From Sphingomicrobium sp. (GTDB lineage Bacteria > Pseudomonadota > Alphaproteobacteria > Sphingomonadales > Sphingomonadaceae), in contig DASZBO010000017.1 in the NCBI GenBank assembly GCA_035944075.1, positions 13,090 to 77,089 of the forward strand: 64,000 nt of DNA. Reading direction: 5' to 3'. Below are positions 1-9,610 of the stretch, piece by piece. The position numbers and the translations under genes are program-made. Numbering within the stretch: the stretch's first letter is position 1; every line of letters begins with the position of its first letter. The notes under the pieces are model-generated. The model saw nothing but the letters and a program-made list of their open reading frames with translations. It was not told the origin of the DNA and made no database searches.

Positions 1-1
1 C

Positions 2-322
2 GCAAGGCTCGACGCTGCAACCACAGCCTATCGGCAGGCGATGAGCGTCCAGGCGACTGTCGCCGAGAACGTGCAGGCCGACGCTTCCGTGCTCGGCGAG
101 CTCGCCGCTACTAGCCAAGGCGCCGAGGGCGCCCTCCAGGTCGGGCAGGCCGCGAACCAGCTGATGGCGCTCAGCGTCAAGCAGCAGCTCCAGCTCCAGA
201 ACCTCATGGCCGCGGAATATCGCGAAGCGGCGATCGACCGCGCCCGCCGGGCGCAGGCCGAAGAAGAGGGCCGCGCCGCGACGCGCCGCTTCATCGATGG
301 AGCAACCCCAGCAGGCAACTGA
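2..322 (+). CDS. trbJ: P-type conjugative transfer protein TrbJ (C-terminal part; 5' truncated by the window)
   Basis: Frame is open from base 2; SQGAEGALQVGQAANQLMAL..QLQNLMAA resembles the TrbJ C-terminus; precedes trbL. Confidence 0.8.
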   Translation, partial: ARLDAATTAYRQAMSVQATVAENVQADASVLGELAATSQGAEGALQVGQAANQLMALSVKQQLQLQNLMAAEYREAAIDRARRAQAEEEGRAATRRFIDGATPAGN

Positions 323-434
323 CGATCGCGCGAGCGGTGTTCCTCGTCCGCTGCTCGCGTCGCCGCGGGGTTTTCCGGATCCCCTACGGAAAGCTCCGCG
401 GCACCTCATACACCCCAACGTGAAGGCAGCGCCG

Positions 435-1721
435 ATGGATGATCTGTTCGTCGTCGACCGTTTCATGGCCGCGTTCATCCAGTACATCGACAGCGGCTTC
501 GGGCTGCTGCGTGGCGACGTCGCCTTTCTGACAACAACCCTCATCGGGATCGACATCACGCTTGCGGGTCTTTTCTGGGCGCTTGGCGGCGAGGACGATG
601 TCATCGGCAAGTTCCTCAAGAAAATCCTCTACGTTGGCGCATTCGCGCTCATCATTGGGAGCTTTTCGACCCTCGCGGACATCATCTTCCGCTCGTTTGC
701 GGGACTTGGAATTACCGCCGGCGGCGGCGTGCTGAGCGCCGACCAGCTCCTGAAGCCCGGCTTCATCGCCTCGACTGGTTTCGATGCGGCAAAGCCGCTC
801 CTCGACCAGGTCAGTTCGCTGATCGGCGTCACCAGCTTCTTCGAGAACTTCCTCACCATCGCCATCCTCATGATCAGCTGGTTGCTGGTGGTCCTCGCCT
901 TCTTCATCCTTTCGGTTCAGCTCTTCATCACCATCATCGAGTTCAAGCTGACGACGCTCGCCGGCTTCGTTCTCGTTCCCTTCGCCCTTTGGAACCGCAC
1001 CGCCTTCCTTGCTGAGCGCGTGCTTGGCAATGTGATCTCATCCGGCATCAAAGTGATGGTGCTCGCGGTGATCGTCGGCATCGGCTCGGGCTTCTTCGCG
1101 GAGTTCAAGGCAGCGGCCGGAGGTCAGCAGCCCGACCTTACGCAATCGATGAGCCTCGTCCTTGCGAGCCTCTCGCTGCTCGGCCTCGGAATCTTCGGTC
1201 CGGGCATCGCTTCCGGTCTTATATCCGGCGCGCCGCAGCTTGGCGCAGGAGCCGCCGTGGCAACGACAGCAGCGGGTGTCGGGACCGTCGCCTTTGCAGG
1301 CGCCGCCTTGGCGGGCGGCGCGCGGGCCGTTGCAGGAGCGGGTCTTGGCGCGGTTCGCGCCGGGACGACCATGGGAAGCGCCACTTCGAGCGCCTCCGGC
1401 ATCGGACCGGATGCGTCCGGCAGCTCACTTCCGAGCACGGGTGCTGGTGGCGCTCTCCCGTCCGACGGGTCGACGTCCCGCGGCGGCAGTTCCGGCGCCG
1501 CCGGGGATGGTAAGCCTGCGCCGATTGACGCCGGAGCAGGAGGGAGCTCCGCCACGACCGCCGCGGATGCACCGCTCGCGGACCAAGCGCCCGGCTGGGC
1601 GCGGCGGCTGCGCGCCGAACAAGCCGCGCGGCATCATCGGCACACGATCCTGCAAGCACTCCGCGAAGGCGATCGCGGCAGCGCGGGCGTCAATCCGGAC
1701 ATCAAGGAAAAGGAGGACTGA
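435..1721 (+). CDS. trbL: P-type conjugative transfer protein TrbL
   Basis: DRF..FIQYIDSGFGLL N-terminus, IEFKLTTLAGFVLVPF, multiple TM segments, Gly/Ala-rich tail; start at ATG 435 preferred over 297. Confidence 0.93.
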   Translation: MDDLFVVDRFMAAFIQYIDSGFGLLRGDVAFLTTTLIGIDITLAGLFWALGGEDDVIGKFLKKILYVGAFALIIGSFSTLADIIFRSFAGLGITAGGGVLSADQLLKPGFIASTGFDAAKPLLDQVSSLIGVTSFFENFLTIAILMISWLLVVLAFFILSVQLFITIIEFKLTTLAGFVLVPFALWNRTAFLAERVLGNVISSGIKVMVLAVIVGIGSGFFAEFKAAAGGQQPDLTQSMSLVLASLSLLGLGIFGPGIASGLISGAPQLGAGAAVATTAAGVGTVAFAGAALAGGARAVAGAGLGAVRAGTTMGSATSSASGIGPDASGSSLPSTGAGGALPSDGSTSRGGSSGAAGDGKPAPIDAGAGGSSATTAADAPLADQAPGWARRLRAEQAARHHRHTILQALREGDRGSAGVNPDIKEKED

Positions 1722-1724
1722 CCG

Positions 1725-2534
1725 ATGCGATTTCGACGTGCGGTTCAGCGCTACGGGCGAACGGCGGAGGCACAAACCCCGTTTCAGCGCGCGGGTCAGC
1801 TTTGGGATGAACGAATAGGCGCAGCCCGGGTCCAGGCGCGCAACTGGCGGCTCATGGCCATCGGCGGGCTGATGCTCTCAAGCGGACTATCGGCAGGACT
1901 GCTCTGGCAGGCACAGCAGAGCCGCGTCATCCCCTACGTGGTCGAAGTGGATCACCTCGGGCAAGCCCGGGCAGTTGTTCCCGCCGACCGGGAATTTCAC
2001 CCGACCGATCCGCAGATCGCCTGGCATCTTGCAAGGTTCGTCCGTGATGTACGCTCCGTCTCCCTCGATCCCGTTCTCATGCGTCAGAACTGGTTGTCGG
2101 CCTATGATTTCGTAACCGACCGTGGCGCGCGGTTTCTTGGCGACTATGCGCGGACGGCCAACCCCTTCGCTGCTGTGGGAACGCGGACGGTGTCGGTTGA
2201 GGTGACGAGCGTTGTTCGCGCCTCTGACCGTTCGTTCGAGGTCAAGTGGACGGAAAGCGCCTATGAGCGGGGAATCCTCGTCGCCACCAGTCGATGGACG
2301 GGGATCCTGTCGGTCGTGATGAGGTCTCCCGGCTCCGCCGAAACACTCCGCCGAAATCCGCTCGGCCTTTACGTCGATGCGATCGACTGGACGCGGGAAC
2401 TCGAGACCAACGGGACGCCCTCCGCTGCGCCTACGCGTCCGCCCGTCGATCCCAGTCTGCCGATCGGATCCCCGCTCGACCCAGGCCTTCGCGACACGTT
2501 TCCGTCGACCCTTCCAACAAGGAAAGAGCAATGA
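1725..2534 (+). CDS. trbF: Conjugal transfer protein TrbF (VirB8-like)
   Basis: TPFQRAGQLWDERIGAARVQARNWR, PYVVEVD, RRNPLGLYV motifs. Confidence 0.93.
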   Translation: MRFRRAVQRYGRTAEAQTPFQRAGQLWDERIGAARVQARNWRLMAIGGLMLSSGLSAGLLWQAQQSRVIPYVVEVDHLGQARAVVPADREFHPTDPQIAWHLARFVRDVRSVSLDPVLMRQNWLSAYDFVTDRGARFLGDYARTANPFAAVGTRTVSVEVTSVVRASDRSFEVKWTESAYERGILVATSRWTGILSVVMRSPGSAETLRRNPLGLYVDAIDWTRELETNGTPSAAPTRPPVDPSLPIGSPLDPGLRDTFPSTLPTRKEQ

Positions 2535-3454
2535 GCAGTTCCGCCCTTCTTTCGATCGTGTGCGTGCTGACGTCAGGCACAAGTGCGAGCATACACGCGG
2601 CCGCGCCAGCGATGCTGACGTCGCGCCAGTTTCATGTCTCCTCGGCTGCTTTGCGAACGACGCACAAGCGATCGAAAGCGAACATCGATACGGCAACGGC
2701 GCTTGGCCGGGTCGAGCAGGCAAACCGGATTGCCCTCACCGAGCCGTCAAGCAGTCTCTATGTCGGCGCGGTGCAAGTCTATCCCTGGACTGAAGGATCA
2801 ATCTTCCGTCTCTATACGGCACCGGGCGAGGTGAGCGACATCGAGCTGGAGGCTGGTGAAACCCTGAGCTCCGTTGCTGCCGGCGACACGGTCCGGTGGA
2901 TCATCAGTAATACGGTCAGCGGTTCGGGAACGACGCGTCGATCGCATGTTCTCGTGAAACCTTCCGCCGCCGGTCTTGCCACCAATCTGGTGATTGCGAC
3001 CGACCGCCGGGTGTATCATGTCGGTCTAACGAGCAATGCGAAGGCAGCAATGCCCGGTATTTCGTGGAGCTACCCGGAAGATGCGCTTCTAGCCCTCAAG
3101 ATAGCGCCTGCGCCCGCTGCCCAGCCCGCAGTCGCTCCAGCCATGTCCGTGGAGCGGCTCAACTTTGATTACCGCATCGAAGGAGACAGCCCGGAGTGGC
3201 GACCGGTACGCGCCTTCGATGATGGTACCCAGGTCTTTATCGAGTTCCCCCCGGAGATCGCCGAGGCCGAAGCGCCGCCGCTCTTCATCGTTGGCGCCGA
3301 CGGCAAGGCCGAACTCGTGAATTACCGCCTGCACGGCCGCTATTATGTCGTCGACCGGTTATTCAGGACGGCGGAGCTGCGGCTTGGCGAGAAGCACCAG
3401 GCGATTGTCCGCATCGTCCGCCAAGGTCCTCGTGCATCGAGGAGGGCGGCATGA
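2531..3454 (+). CDS. trbG: P-type conjugative transfer protein TrbG (VirB9-like)
   Basis: LYTAPGEVSDIELE, AAGDTVRWII, TNLVIATDRRVYH, PVRAFDDG, LVNYR; ATG 2531 overlaps the trbF stop. Confidence 0.92.
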   Translation: MSSSALLSIVCVLTSGTSASIHAAAPAMLTSRQFHVSSAALRTTHKRSKANIDTATALGRVEQANRIALTEPSSSLYVGAVQVYPWTEGSIFRLYTAPGEVSDIELEAGETLSSVAAGDTVRWIISNTVSGSGTTRRSHVLVKPSAAGLATNLVIATDRRVYHVGLTSNAKAAMPGISWSYPEDALLALKIAPAPAAQPAVAPAMSVERLNFDYRIEGDSPEWRPVRAFDDGTQVFIEFPPEIAEAEAPPLFIVGADGKAELVNYRLHGRYYVVDRLFRTAELRLGEKHQAIVRIVRQGPRASRRAA

Positions 3455-4662
3455 ACGATGTCCCTGGCCATGAGTCACCTCCCACCAAGGATGATCCCCA
3501 CAAGTTTGTGCTTCGCGGGCGCCCTCGACCGGTGGTTCGGTTTCGGCGCGGACTGATCGTTTCACTAACGGGCGGAGCAGCGGCGACACTGGTTGCGCTT
3601 TCGTGGATCGCTCTTGAACCTCGGGCTTTGCGAAGCGCTCCGCAGGCAAGCAGTAACGAGGAGTCGTCCAAGCCCGTCGTGCCCGAGGCGCTTGCACAGA
3701 TTCCCAAGACCTACGCCGACGTCCCTCGTTTGGGGCCACCACTTCCGGGGGATCTTGGCCGGCCCTTCCTCGAGCACGAACGTAGTCTTGGCGGAGTGGC
3801 GCTCGAAGGGGCCGCAAGGCGCCAGGCTCGAGCTTCGGACGGCAATGCTGAACACGAGGAGGGGAGGGATGTCGAAGCGGTCGCGGCAGCGCGCGTTTCC
3901 CCCGTGCTCGTCCAGCTTGGCGGAAATAGCACCGGAGCCCACGAGGAAAACGCGCCGATCCTTCAACCGGTGAGCGCGCCCTTGGGAACGGAAACGATGC
4001 CCCCGATTGCCGCGGCGGACGCGGGACAGCAGCAGAAGGTCGCGTTCGCACGGTCAGCCGAGGAGGACGTAAATCCGGCGAGGCTGCACCCGCCGGTTTC
4101 ACCTTTCACGTTGGTCGCTGGAACCGTTATTTCCGCGACGCTCGTTACCGGACTCAATTCCGATCTCCCCGGGATGGTGATCGCGCAAGTCACCGAGAAT
4201 GTGCGGGACAGCGCTACCGGCACGCTAATCCTCGTTCCCCAGGGAGCGAAGCTTATTGGGCGCTATGACAGCGTCGTTGCGTACGGGCAGAGACGCGCGC
4301 TTGTTATTTGGACTCGCATTCTCTTTCCCGACGCATCATCGATCGATCTCGACAATGTGCCCGCGACGGATTCCTCGGGCTATGCCGGGCTTCGCGACGG
4401 CGTCGATTCTCACACGTGGCAGCTCCTCAAAGGCATCGGACTTTCGACGCTCCTTGGTGTCGGGACCCAACTTAGCCTCGGAAGCAGCGAGAGCGATCTC
4501 GTCCGCGCGATCCGCGAGTCCGCGCAACAGAGTGCCGCAAATTCGGGCACGCAGATTACGAGCCGTGACCTGTCGGTTCAGCCGACGATGACGATCCGTC
4601 CGGGCTGGCCGGTTCGCGCCATTCTCAACAAGGACCTTGTCCTTCAGCCCTGGAGAGGATGA
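3451..4662 (+). CDS. trbI: Conjugal transfer protein TrbI (VirB10-like)
   Basis: AGTVISATLVTGLNSDLPG, VPQGAKLIGRYDS, QPTMTIRPG. Confidence 0.93.
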   Translation: MNDVPGHESPPTKDDPHKFVLRGRPRPVVRFRRGLIVSLTGGAAATLVALSWIALEPRALRSAPQASSNEESSKPVVPEALAQIPKTYADVPRLGPPLPGDLGRPFLEHERSLGGVALEGAARRQARASDGNAEHEEGRDVEAVAAARVSPVLVQLGGNSTGAHEENAPILQPVSAPLGTETMPPIAAADAGQQQKVAFARSAEEDVNPARLHPPVSPFTLVAGTVISATLVTGLNSDLPGMVIAQVTENVRDSATGTLILVPQGAKLIGRYDSVVAYGQRRALVIWTRILFPDASSIDLDNVPATDSSGYAGLRDGVDSHTWQLLKGIGLSTLLGVGTQLSLGSSESDLVRAIRESAQQSAANSGTQITSRDLSVQPTMTIRPGWPVRAILNKDLVLQPWRG

Positions 4663-5069
4663 CGTTTTTTGTGTGCCCGCCCGTAAATCAAATTGGAGCG
4701 AGCCGGAGCCTATCGCTGGAACCGCGATCCTGGGGATCCGTGTCGCCATTTCGGCGGCAGCGGCTTGAAATGCACGCCACGGCAGATCGGCAGATCGTAA
4801 GGCTGGTTTTGAACAACGACAGGCGACTAGCCAGAGGCTAGACCATCGAAACAAGCCACCGGTGCAGCGGCCCGAGCACGGATGGCTCGAGGGAGCATAG
4901 ACGAAGCCGTGACCCTTTTGCCCGTTGCTAAGCCCCGATAGCTGTGACGTGGAACACTCGCTCGGCGTTTACAGCGACCGGGGATTGCGAAATTGTCCAG
5001 AAGGCTCACGCTCAGCCAAAAGGAGCTTCCGCCGTGCCGGCGAGTTTCGAAAGGCGCCTTGCGGCAAAC

Positions 5070-5096
5070 GGAAACGGCCCCGCTTAATCAGGCCGT
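5070..5096 (-). terminator. Putative intrinsic terminator of the PEP-CTERM gene 5116-5781
   Basis: ACGGCC...GGCCGT stem followed by a weak T-rich run on the minus strand. Confidence 0.5.
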
Positions 5097-5115
5097 AGAA
5101 CTTTTTCGCAGTCCG

Positions 5116-5781
5116 TTAAGCGATCTGGGCGATACTCGGCTTGCGACGGCGACGCATTGCGACGCTGATGGCGCCCATCCCGAGGAGCATCATGGCCCAG
5201 GTTGCTGGCTCGGGGACAGGCGGTGTACGCGGTACGCCGGCGAGTTCTCCAGACTGGCCACTGATGCCGATAGACGCATACCTACCAACGAAATTGTCGA
5301 GGACGATCGGCGCGCCAGAAGCAAAGGTGAGTGTGAAGGTGCCATTGAAGGACTTACCTTGCCCATTGGCAGCAGAGCAGTTGTTACCACTGTAAACACA
5401 CACATCAACGGTCTGCGAACCGGGGAAAATAACGTTCCTCGCAATTTTCATGGCGTCAGAACTGGGTTCGGATGCAGCGGTTATCGCCGCGGCGTTCGCC
5501 GCGGCATCAAAGCCAAAGCCAACAAGATTGGCATTGCTCGCCGTGCTAAACGTGTACCCAAAGGTGTAGTTATTGCCGACCACACTATTTTCGGTGAGCA
5601 CCAGCGATCCGGCCAAAGGCGTGCCAAAGAGTGTCCCGTTGAAGTCGTAAGTGACTGAACTCGGCAGTCCACCGCTGGTGATCACCAGATTGCCACTGGA
5701 GTTGATCGTCAAGGCCGCCGCAGCAGGACTCGCCACACATAAGGTTGCTGCAGCTATCGCTGCAATTGCCACGCATCGCAT
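5116..5781 (-). CDS. PEPxxWA-CTERM surface protein (passenger resembles cistern-type, with a VDVC..NC Cys pair)
   Basis: Ala-rich signal peptide ending SPAAAA; C-terminal VPEPATWAMMLLGMG-TM-RRRRK..AQIA. Confidence 0.9.
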   Translation of the reverse strand: MRCVAIAAIAAATLCVASPAAAALTINSSGNLVITSGGLPSSVTYDFNGTLFGTPLAGSLVLTENSVVGNNYTFGYTFSTASNANLVGFGFDAAANAAAITAASEPSSDAMKIARNVIFPGSQTVDVCVYSGNNCSAANGQGKSFNGTFTLTFASGAPIVLDNFVGRYASIGISGQSGELAGVPRTPPVPEPATWAMMLLGMGAISVAMRRRRKPSIAQIA

Positions 5782-5866
5782 TTGAACTTTTGCCCCTTCG
5801 TTGAGGAAGGCTTGCCCTCGCCGGCCAACTTCCTGGTGTCGACAATTCGACTCAACCGTTCGGGGT

Positions 5867-5882
5867 TTAATGTAAACTTAAC
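5867..5882 (+). promoter_or_regulatory. CtrA-type box TTAA-N7-TTAAC
   Basis: TTAA TGTAAAC TTAAC, perfect consensus, about 86 bp upstream of the PEP-CTERM start at 5781. Confidence 0.7.
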
Positions 5883-6338
5883 AAATCCGCAATGCAGTCT
5901 TCGTGCCGACGAAGAAGAAGTGGGCGGAGTCTGCGACTTTGGGCGCGCAGAAATACACACGTGCGACAGGCGGCCTTCAGCAAGGGCGACCATTTTAGTA
6001 ATAATGTGTGCCAAGTAGAGACAGTTCGGATTTCCGTCGTGCTGCCTTGAGTTAGCTCGTTTCGTCGGTGGAATGCTCGATCGCCGGCGAATTCTTCTTA
6101 AGGACTAATTTTACATTGATCAGTATCGAGCCATCGGCCGACAACACGGCCCAGTTGTTCATTTCGATTGCAACGATTTTTTACGATCCATCGTCCTTGA
6201 ATGACGAAATGCAACAATCGAGGAGAAAGTCTTCATCGAGACGTCGACTTGGATGCAAATTTATCAATTTTTACGCGTCGTAAGCTAGCCCGAGTTCGCC
6301 AATTCGTGCTCGTTCGTCTTAGCGTCTTTTCTGTAACA

Positions 6339-6366
6339 GAAAACGGCCCCGGAAGACCGAGGCCGT
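6339..6366 (-). terminator. Intrinsic terminator of the PEP-CTERM gene 6391-7032
   Basis: Minus strand ACGGCCTCGG-TCTT-CCGGGGCCGT-TTT. Confidence 0.75.
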
Positions 6367-6390
6367 AATCCGATTTTTACGTGTACTCGG

Positions 6391-7032
6391 TTAGGCGACT
6401 TGCGAGATCGTAAGCCGGCGGCGCGTGCGCATCGCAAGACCGATCCCGGCAAAGCCGAGGAGCATCATGCCCCAAGTTGCCGGTTCGGGAACCCCCCTGA
6501 CCGGCGTGCCGTTGAGTGCAAATGTCAGGTCGGCAGGTGGGCCGCAGCACTCGCCATAAGACAGCTCAAAGCTGTACAGGCCGCTCGTAAGCACATTGAA
6601 AGTGGCAGTATTGGTAATATCGGAGGTCGCTGCCGGGCTATCAACAAGCAGGCCAAGGCCGTCGACGTTCAACTGTACTCCATCGTCATGCGAAACACTG
6701 AAGGTGTTCAGACCGGCGTTCAGAAAAACATCGCCGGTGAAAAGCATGTACGTATTAAGAACAGAGTCGCCTCCGACTGTAGCATTCGAAAATACCGGAT
6801 TATTCAGGAAAGCACCTATCGTGTAGGCAGATGGGGGCGAAGCGAAGTTGATCGGACCGACGAACGCCGTCCCGGTCGCTGTTCCAAGCCCACTCGCTGC
6901 AGCGATAGTGGCGTTATTAGCTGCAGCAGTAGCAGCTGGAGTGCCCGTCCAAATTGAGACGTTGACCCCGGCCTGAGCCGGTGCGGCAAGAGCGAGGACC
7001 GATACGGCGGCCGCGAGAATTCTCATGTACAT
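6391..7032 (-). CDS. PEPxxWA-CTERM surface protein with a PA14-like passenger
   Basis: GGAGG RBS before ATG 7032; signal peptide; FSVSHDDGVQLNVDG PA14-like segment; VPEPATWGMMLLGF-TM-RTRRR. Confidence 0.88.
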   Translation of the reverse strand: MYMRILAAAVSVLALAAPAQAGVNVSIWTGTPAATAAANNATIAAASGLGTATGTAFVGPINFASPPSAYTIGAFLNNPVFSNATVGGDSVLNTYMLFTGDVFLNAGLNTFSVSHDDGVQLNVDGLGLLVDSPAATSDITNTATFNVLTSGLYSFELSYGECCGPPADLTFALNGTPVRGVPEPATWGMMLLGFAGIGLAMRTRRRLTISQVA

Positions 7033-7161
7033 GTTGCCTCCCTTCGCGTGAAAAGTCACATCAAACCGACTGGTGCTTCGGGTTTTCCTCGAAGCATCGA
7101 ACGCGGGCGTATCTATGCGTAAGGCACGTGTGGCACGTTTACCCCCGCCACCCCGACTCGC

Positions 7162-7178
7162 GTTAATTCTTGATTAAC
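7162..7178. promoter_or_regulatory. CtrA-type box (perfect in both orientations)
   Basis: GTTAA TTCTTGA TTAAC, about 130 bp upstream of the PEP-CTERM start at 7032. Confidence 0.7.
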
Positions 7179-7403
7179 ACAATATTGTTTATAACGCGAA
7201 CGATGGGTAATCTTTCGTAGTGAAAGTCGCGGGCGACGGAGAAAAATCGGTCTCGGTGACCCGTGCGGGACACTCTGCTCGCTAACCGCTCTCCTTCCTC
7301 ATCGAAAACATCGCACGGCAAAGCGTTTGCGAAAGTTCCGGGCCGTAATTCGGAAGCGCAATTGGTGACCACCAGGTAGATGCTCGTCATTGTCGCCGAG
7401 CTT

Positions 7404-8519
7404 CTACCTCGGAGCAGTTCCTTTGGTTGGGCGCGCTTCAGCGCGGCCGCGGTCGCCGATCTTTGCAAGCAAGTCCTTCAGTTCGGATAGACGGTCCATC
7501 GGCGCGATAAAGATCGCATCGTCGACGGCAACGACGCAGAGATTTTCGAGTCCGATACCAGCAATTCTCGCTTGCCCGTCTGCGCGCAGAAGCGAATTGT
7601 GGCTATCGACTGTGACTACATCACCAAATGTAACATTGCCGTCCCTGTCCTTGAGGCCAAGCTTCCAAACAGCATCCCACGCCCCAACATCCGACCATTC
7701 CATTTGGACCGGCACCACTACGCCGCGGGCGGTTTTTTCCATAACGGCATGATCGAGCGAGAGATTTTCCGCGCGGGAAAATAACGCTACCGACGGTCTG
7801 ACAAATCGACCTTCAATCTGGCTCTCGGCGACGGCCGCGCGGATCGCATCCATGGTGGCCGGAAGGAAGCGCTGCATCTCGGCGGTGAGGGTGCTCGCCA
7901 TTGCGAGGAAGATACCGCAATTCCAGTAGAAATGGCCCTTTTCTATATACAGTGCTGCTCGACCGGCGTCCGGCTTTTCATGGAATCGAGCGATTTCATA
8001 CGCATCCTCCAGTTCACCCTGAAATGCGGCTTCGATATATCCGTACTGAGTGTTTGGCTCGGTGGGTCTGGCACCGAAAGTCACAATCGCGCCATTCTCC
8101 GCATGCGGGACTGCGATCTCGATGGCTCGGTGGAAAGCATCCAGATCGCCAATTACGTGATCCGAGGGAACAAGCAGAACAAGCTCGTCGCGGCCCTTCA
8201 TCGTCAACCATGCCGCGGCTAGCGCTGCCGCTGCAGCCGTGTTGCGGCCCACGGGCTCAAGGAGGATGGCCTCGATCGCCGCATCAGTGTCCCGAAGATC
8301 CACTTCGATCAGCGACTTTTGTTGTTCGCCGCTCACGATCACTGACGGAGCAAACCTATTCCCCATTAACCTCTCGGCTGTTTGCTGGAGAAGCGACTGA
8401 TCGCCCGCGAGTTTCAGGAATTGTTTTGGAAGTCGAGGCCGCGATAGAGGCCATAGCCGAGTACCGGCGCCTCCGCACAAGATGACTGGCCGAATTATTG
8501 CTCCATTTCTCAACGACAT
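7404..8519 (-). CDS. manC: Mannose-1-phosphate guanylyltransferase (no C-terminal PMI/cupin domain)
   Basis: PVILCGGAGTRLWPLSR..PKQFL, EPVGRNTA, FHEKPD, WSDVGAW. Confidence 0.92.
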   Translation of the reverse strand: MSLRNGAIIRPVILCGGAGTRLWPLSRPRLPKQFLKLAGDQSLLQQTAERLMGNRFAPSVIVSGEQQKSLIEVDLRDTDAAIEAILLEPVGRNTAAAAALAAAWLTMKGRDELVLLVPSDHVIGDLDAFHRAIEIAVPHAENGAIVTFGARPTEPNTQYGYIEAAFQGELEDAYEIARFHEKPDAGRAALYIEKGHFYWNCGIFLAMASTLTAEMQRFLPATMDAIRAAVAESQIEGRFVRPSVALFSRAENLSLDHAVMEKTARGVVVPVQMEWSDVGAWDAVWKLGLKDRDGNVTFGDVVTVDSHNSLLRADGQARIAGIGLENLCVVAVDDAIFIAPMDRLSELKDLLAKIGDRGRAEARPTKGTAPR

Positions 8520-8868
8520 CTGATTGACGATTGCTCCTCGTCGAAATCCCTAGCGCCATGATCGGTGAAAGCCATCGCAATCAGTACTGGCTCGAGATGA
8601 CATCGTACTGCGTAGGGCAGGTTAGCGGCGAAGTCGTTTCTTGTGAAATGATCAAGGGCTCACGAGGACAATGGCGGTTTTTGCGGTTACGAACTTACCT
8701 TGGCAGCATTGAAGCTTAAGTTTCATCTGTTCGGGAAGACTGCAAGTTCGAAGATTGTCGTGATTTCCGCAGCCGCTTTCCAACAATGCTTTGTACCAAA
8801 TAGACACACTTTTTTTTCAAAACGCGCGCTGGCGAAGAATACCCATATAGACCACAGGCAAACTCCCC

Positions 8869-8885
8869 GTTAACAAATCGCTAAC
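8869..8885 (+). promoter_or_regulatory. CtrA-like box (one mismatch)
   Basis: GTTAA CAAATCG CTAAC, about 70 bp upstream of the PEP-CTERM start at 8955. Confidence 0.55.
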
Positions 8886-8954
8886 CGAGATCCCGAATCG
8901 AATGGATAACGGCAAAGATCGCGGAAGGTCCGCGTAAAAGGTATTCAAAGGGGC

Positions 8955-9584
8955 ATGCGTATGAAAATGAAATATTTAGCAGCCGCAGCAATCGCGGCCT
9001 CAGTAGCGGCGTCGCCAGCTGCAGCCGCATTCGTCACCTACAATACTACTGGCTCGACCCTGTCCTGCGGAGGTTTTGTAGGAACTTGCAGCGGTAGCGG
9101 CACGAATGTGTTGACCCTCGGCACCGGTTCTGGAGCCGCCTTTCTGAGCTTCGATCCTGTCGGCAATACGCTCGTAGACTCTCCAACGAACATCTCGCTG
9201 GGCGCAATCGACACCTCTAATCTGCTCGCGGGAAACTATAACCTCAGCGGAATTCTGCTCAACATCCTCGTTTCCCAAGTTTCGCCTGCAGGGAGCGGAA
9301 GTCTGCCGCTTGGCACGATCACGGGATCGCTTTCGGGTTTCAGCTCGACAGCGTCGATTGCCTTCGCAAGTGGAGGCGTGGTCATTGGCGGGAACGACTA
9401 TATGGTTACCAACAGCCCGCTCAACATCAATCCGCCGAGCTCGAATTTCGGAATCACGACCGTTCAAGGATTTGTGGCTCCGGTTCCAGAAGCCACCACC
9501 TGGGCAATGATGCTTGTTGGCTTCGGTGCGATGGGCTTCGCAATGCGTGGACGGCGACGGCAGATGCTTGCTCAGATAGCGTAA
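8955..9584 (+). CDS. PEPxxWA-CTERM surface protein
   Basis: Signal peptide ending ASPAAAA; Ser/Gly/Thr-rich passenger; VPEATTWAMMLVGFG-TM-RGRRR..AQIA; start could be 8961 or 8967. Confidence 0.9.
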   Translation: MRMKMKYLAAAAIAASVAASPAAAAFVTYNTTGSTLSCGGFVGTCSGSGTNVLTLGTGSGAAFLSFDPVGNTLVDSPTNISLGAIDTSNLLAGNYNLSGILLNILVSQVSPAGSGSLPLGTITGSLSGFSSTASIAFASGGVVIGGNDYMVTNSPLNINPPSSNFGITTVQGFVAPVPEATTWAMMLVGFGAMGFAMRGRRRQMLAQIA

Positions 9585-9610
9585 GCAACCATAGGTGCAG
9601 GAAAAGTTCG

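Larger units (their letters stand above)
1..4662 (+). mobile_element. 3' end of a Trb/P-type conjugative transfer module (ICE- or plasmid-derived); left part lies outside the window
   Basis: Gene order trbJ-trbL-trbF-trbG-trbI with short gaps or overlapping ORFs; no integrase or att site seen in the window. Confidence 0.6.

Noticed and set aside
4659-5110. Possible ICE right end or DUF2274-type gene after trbI
   Set aside because: No recognisable ORF, tRNA 3' end or direct repeat could be supported from this window
5900-6330. Short ORFs between the first two PEP-CTERM genes
   Set aside because: No RBS or protein-like composition; treated as intergenic
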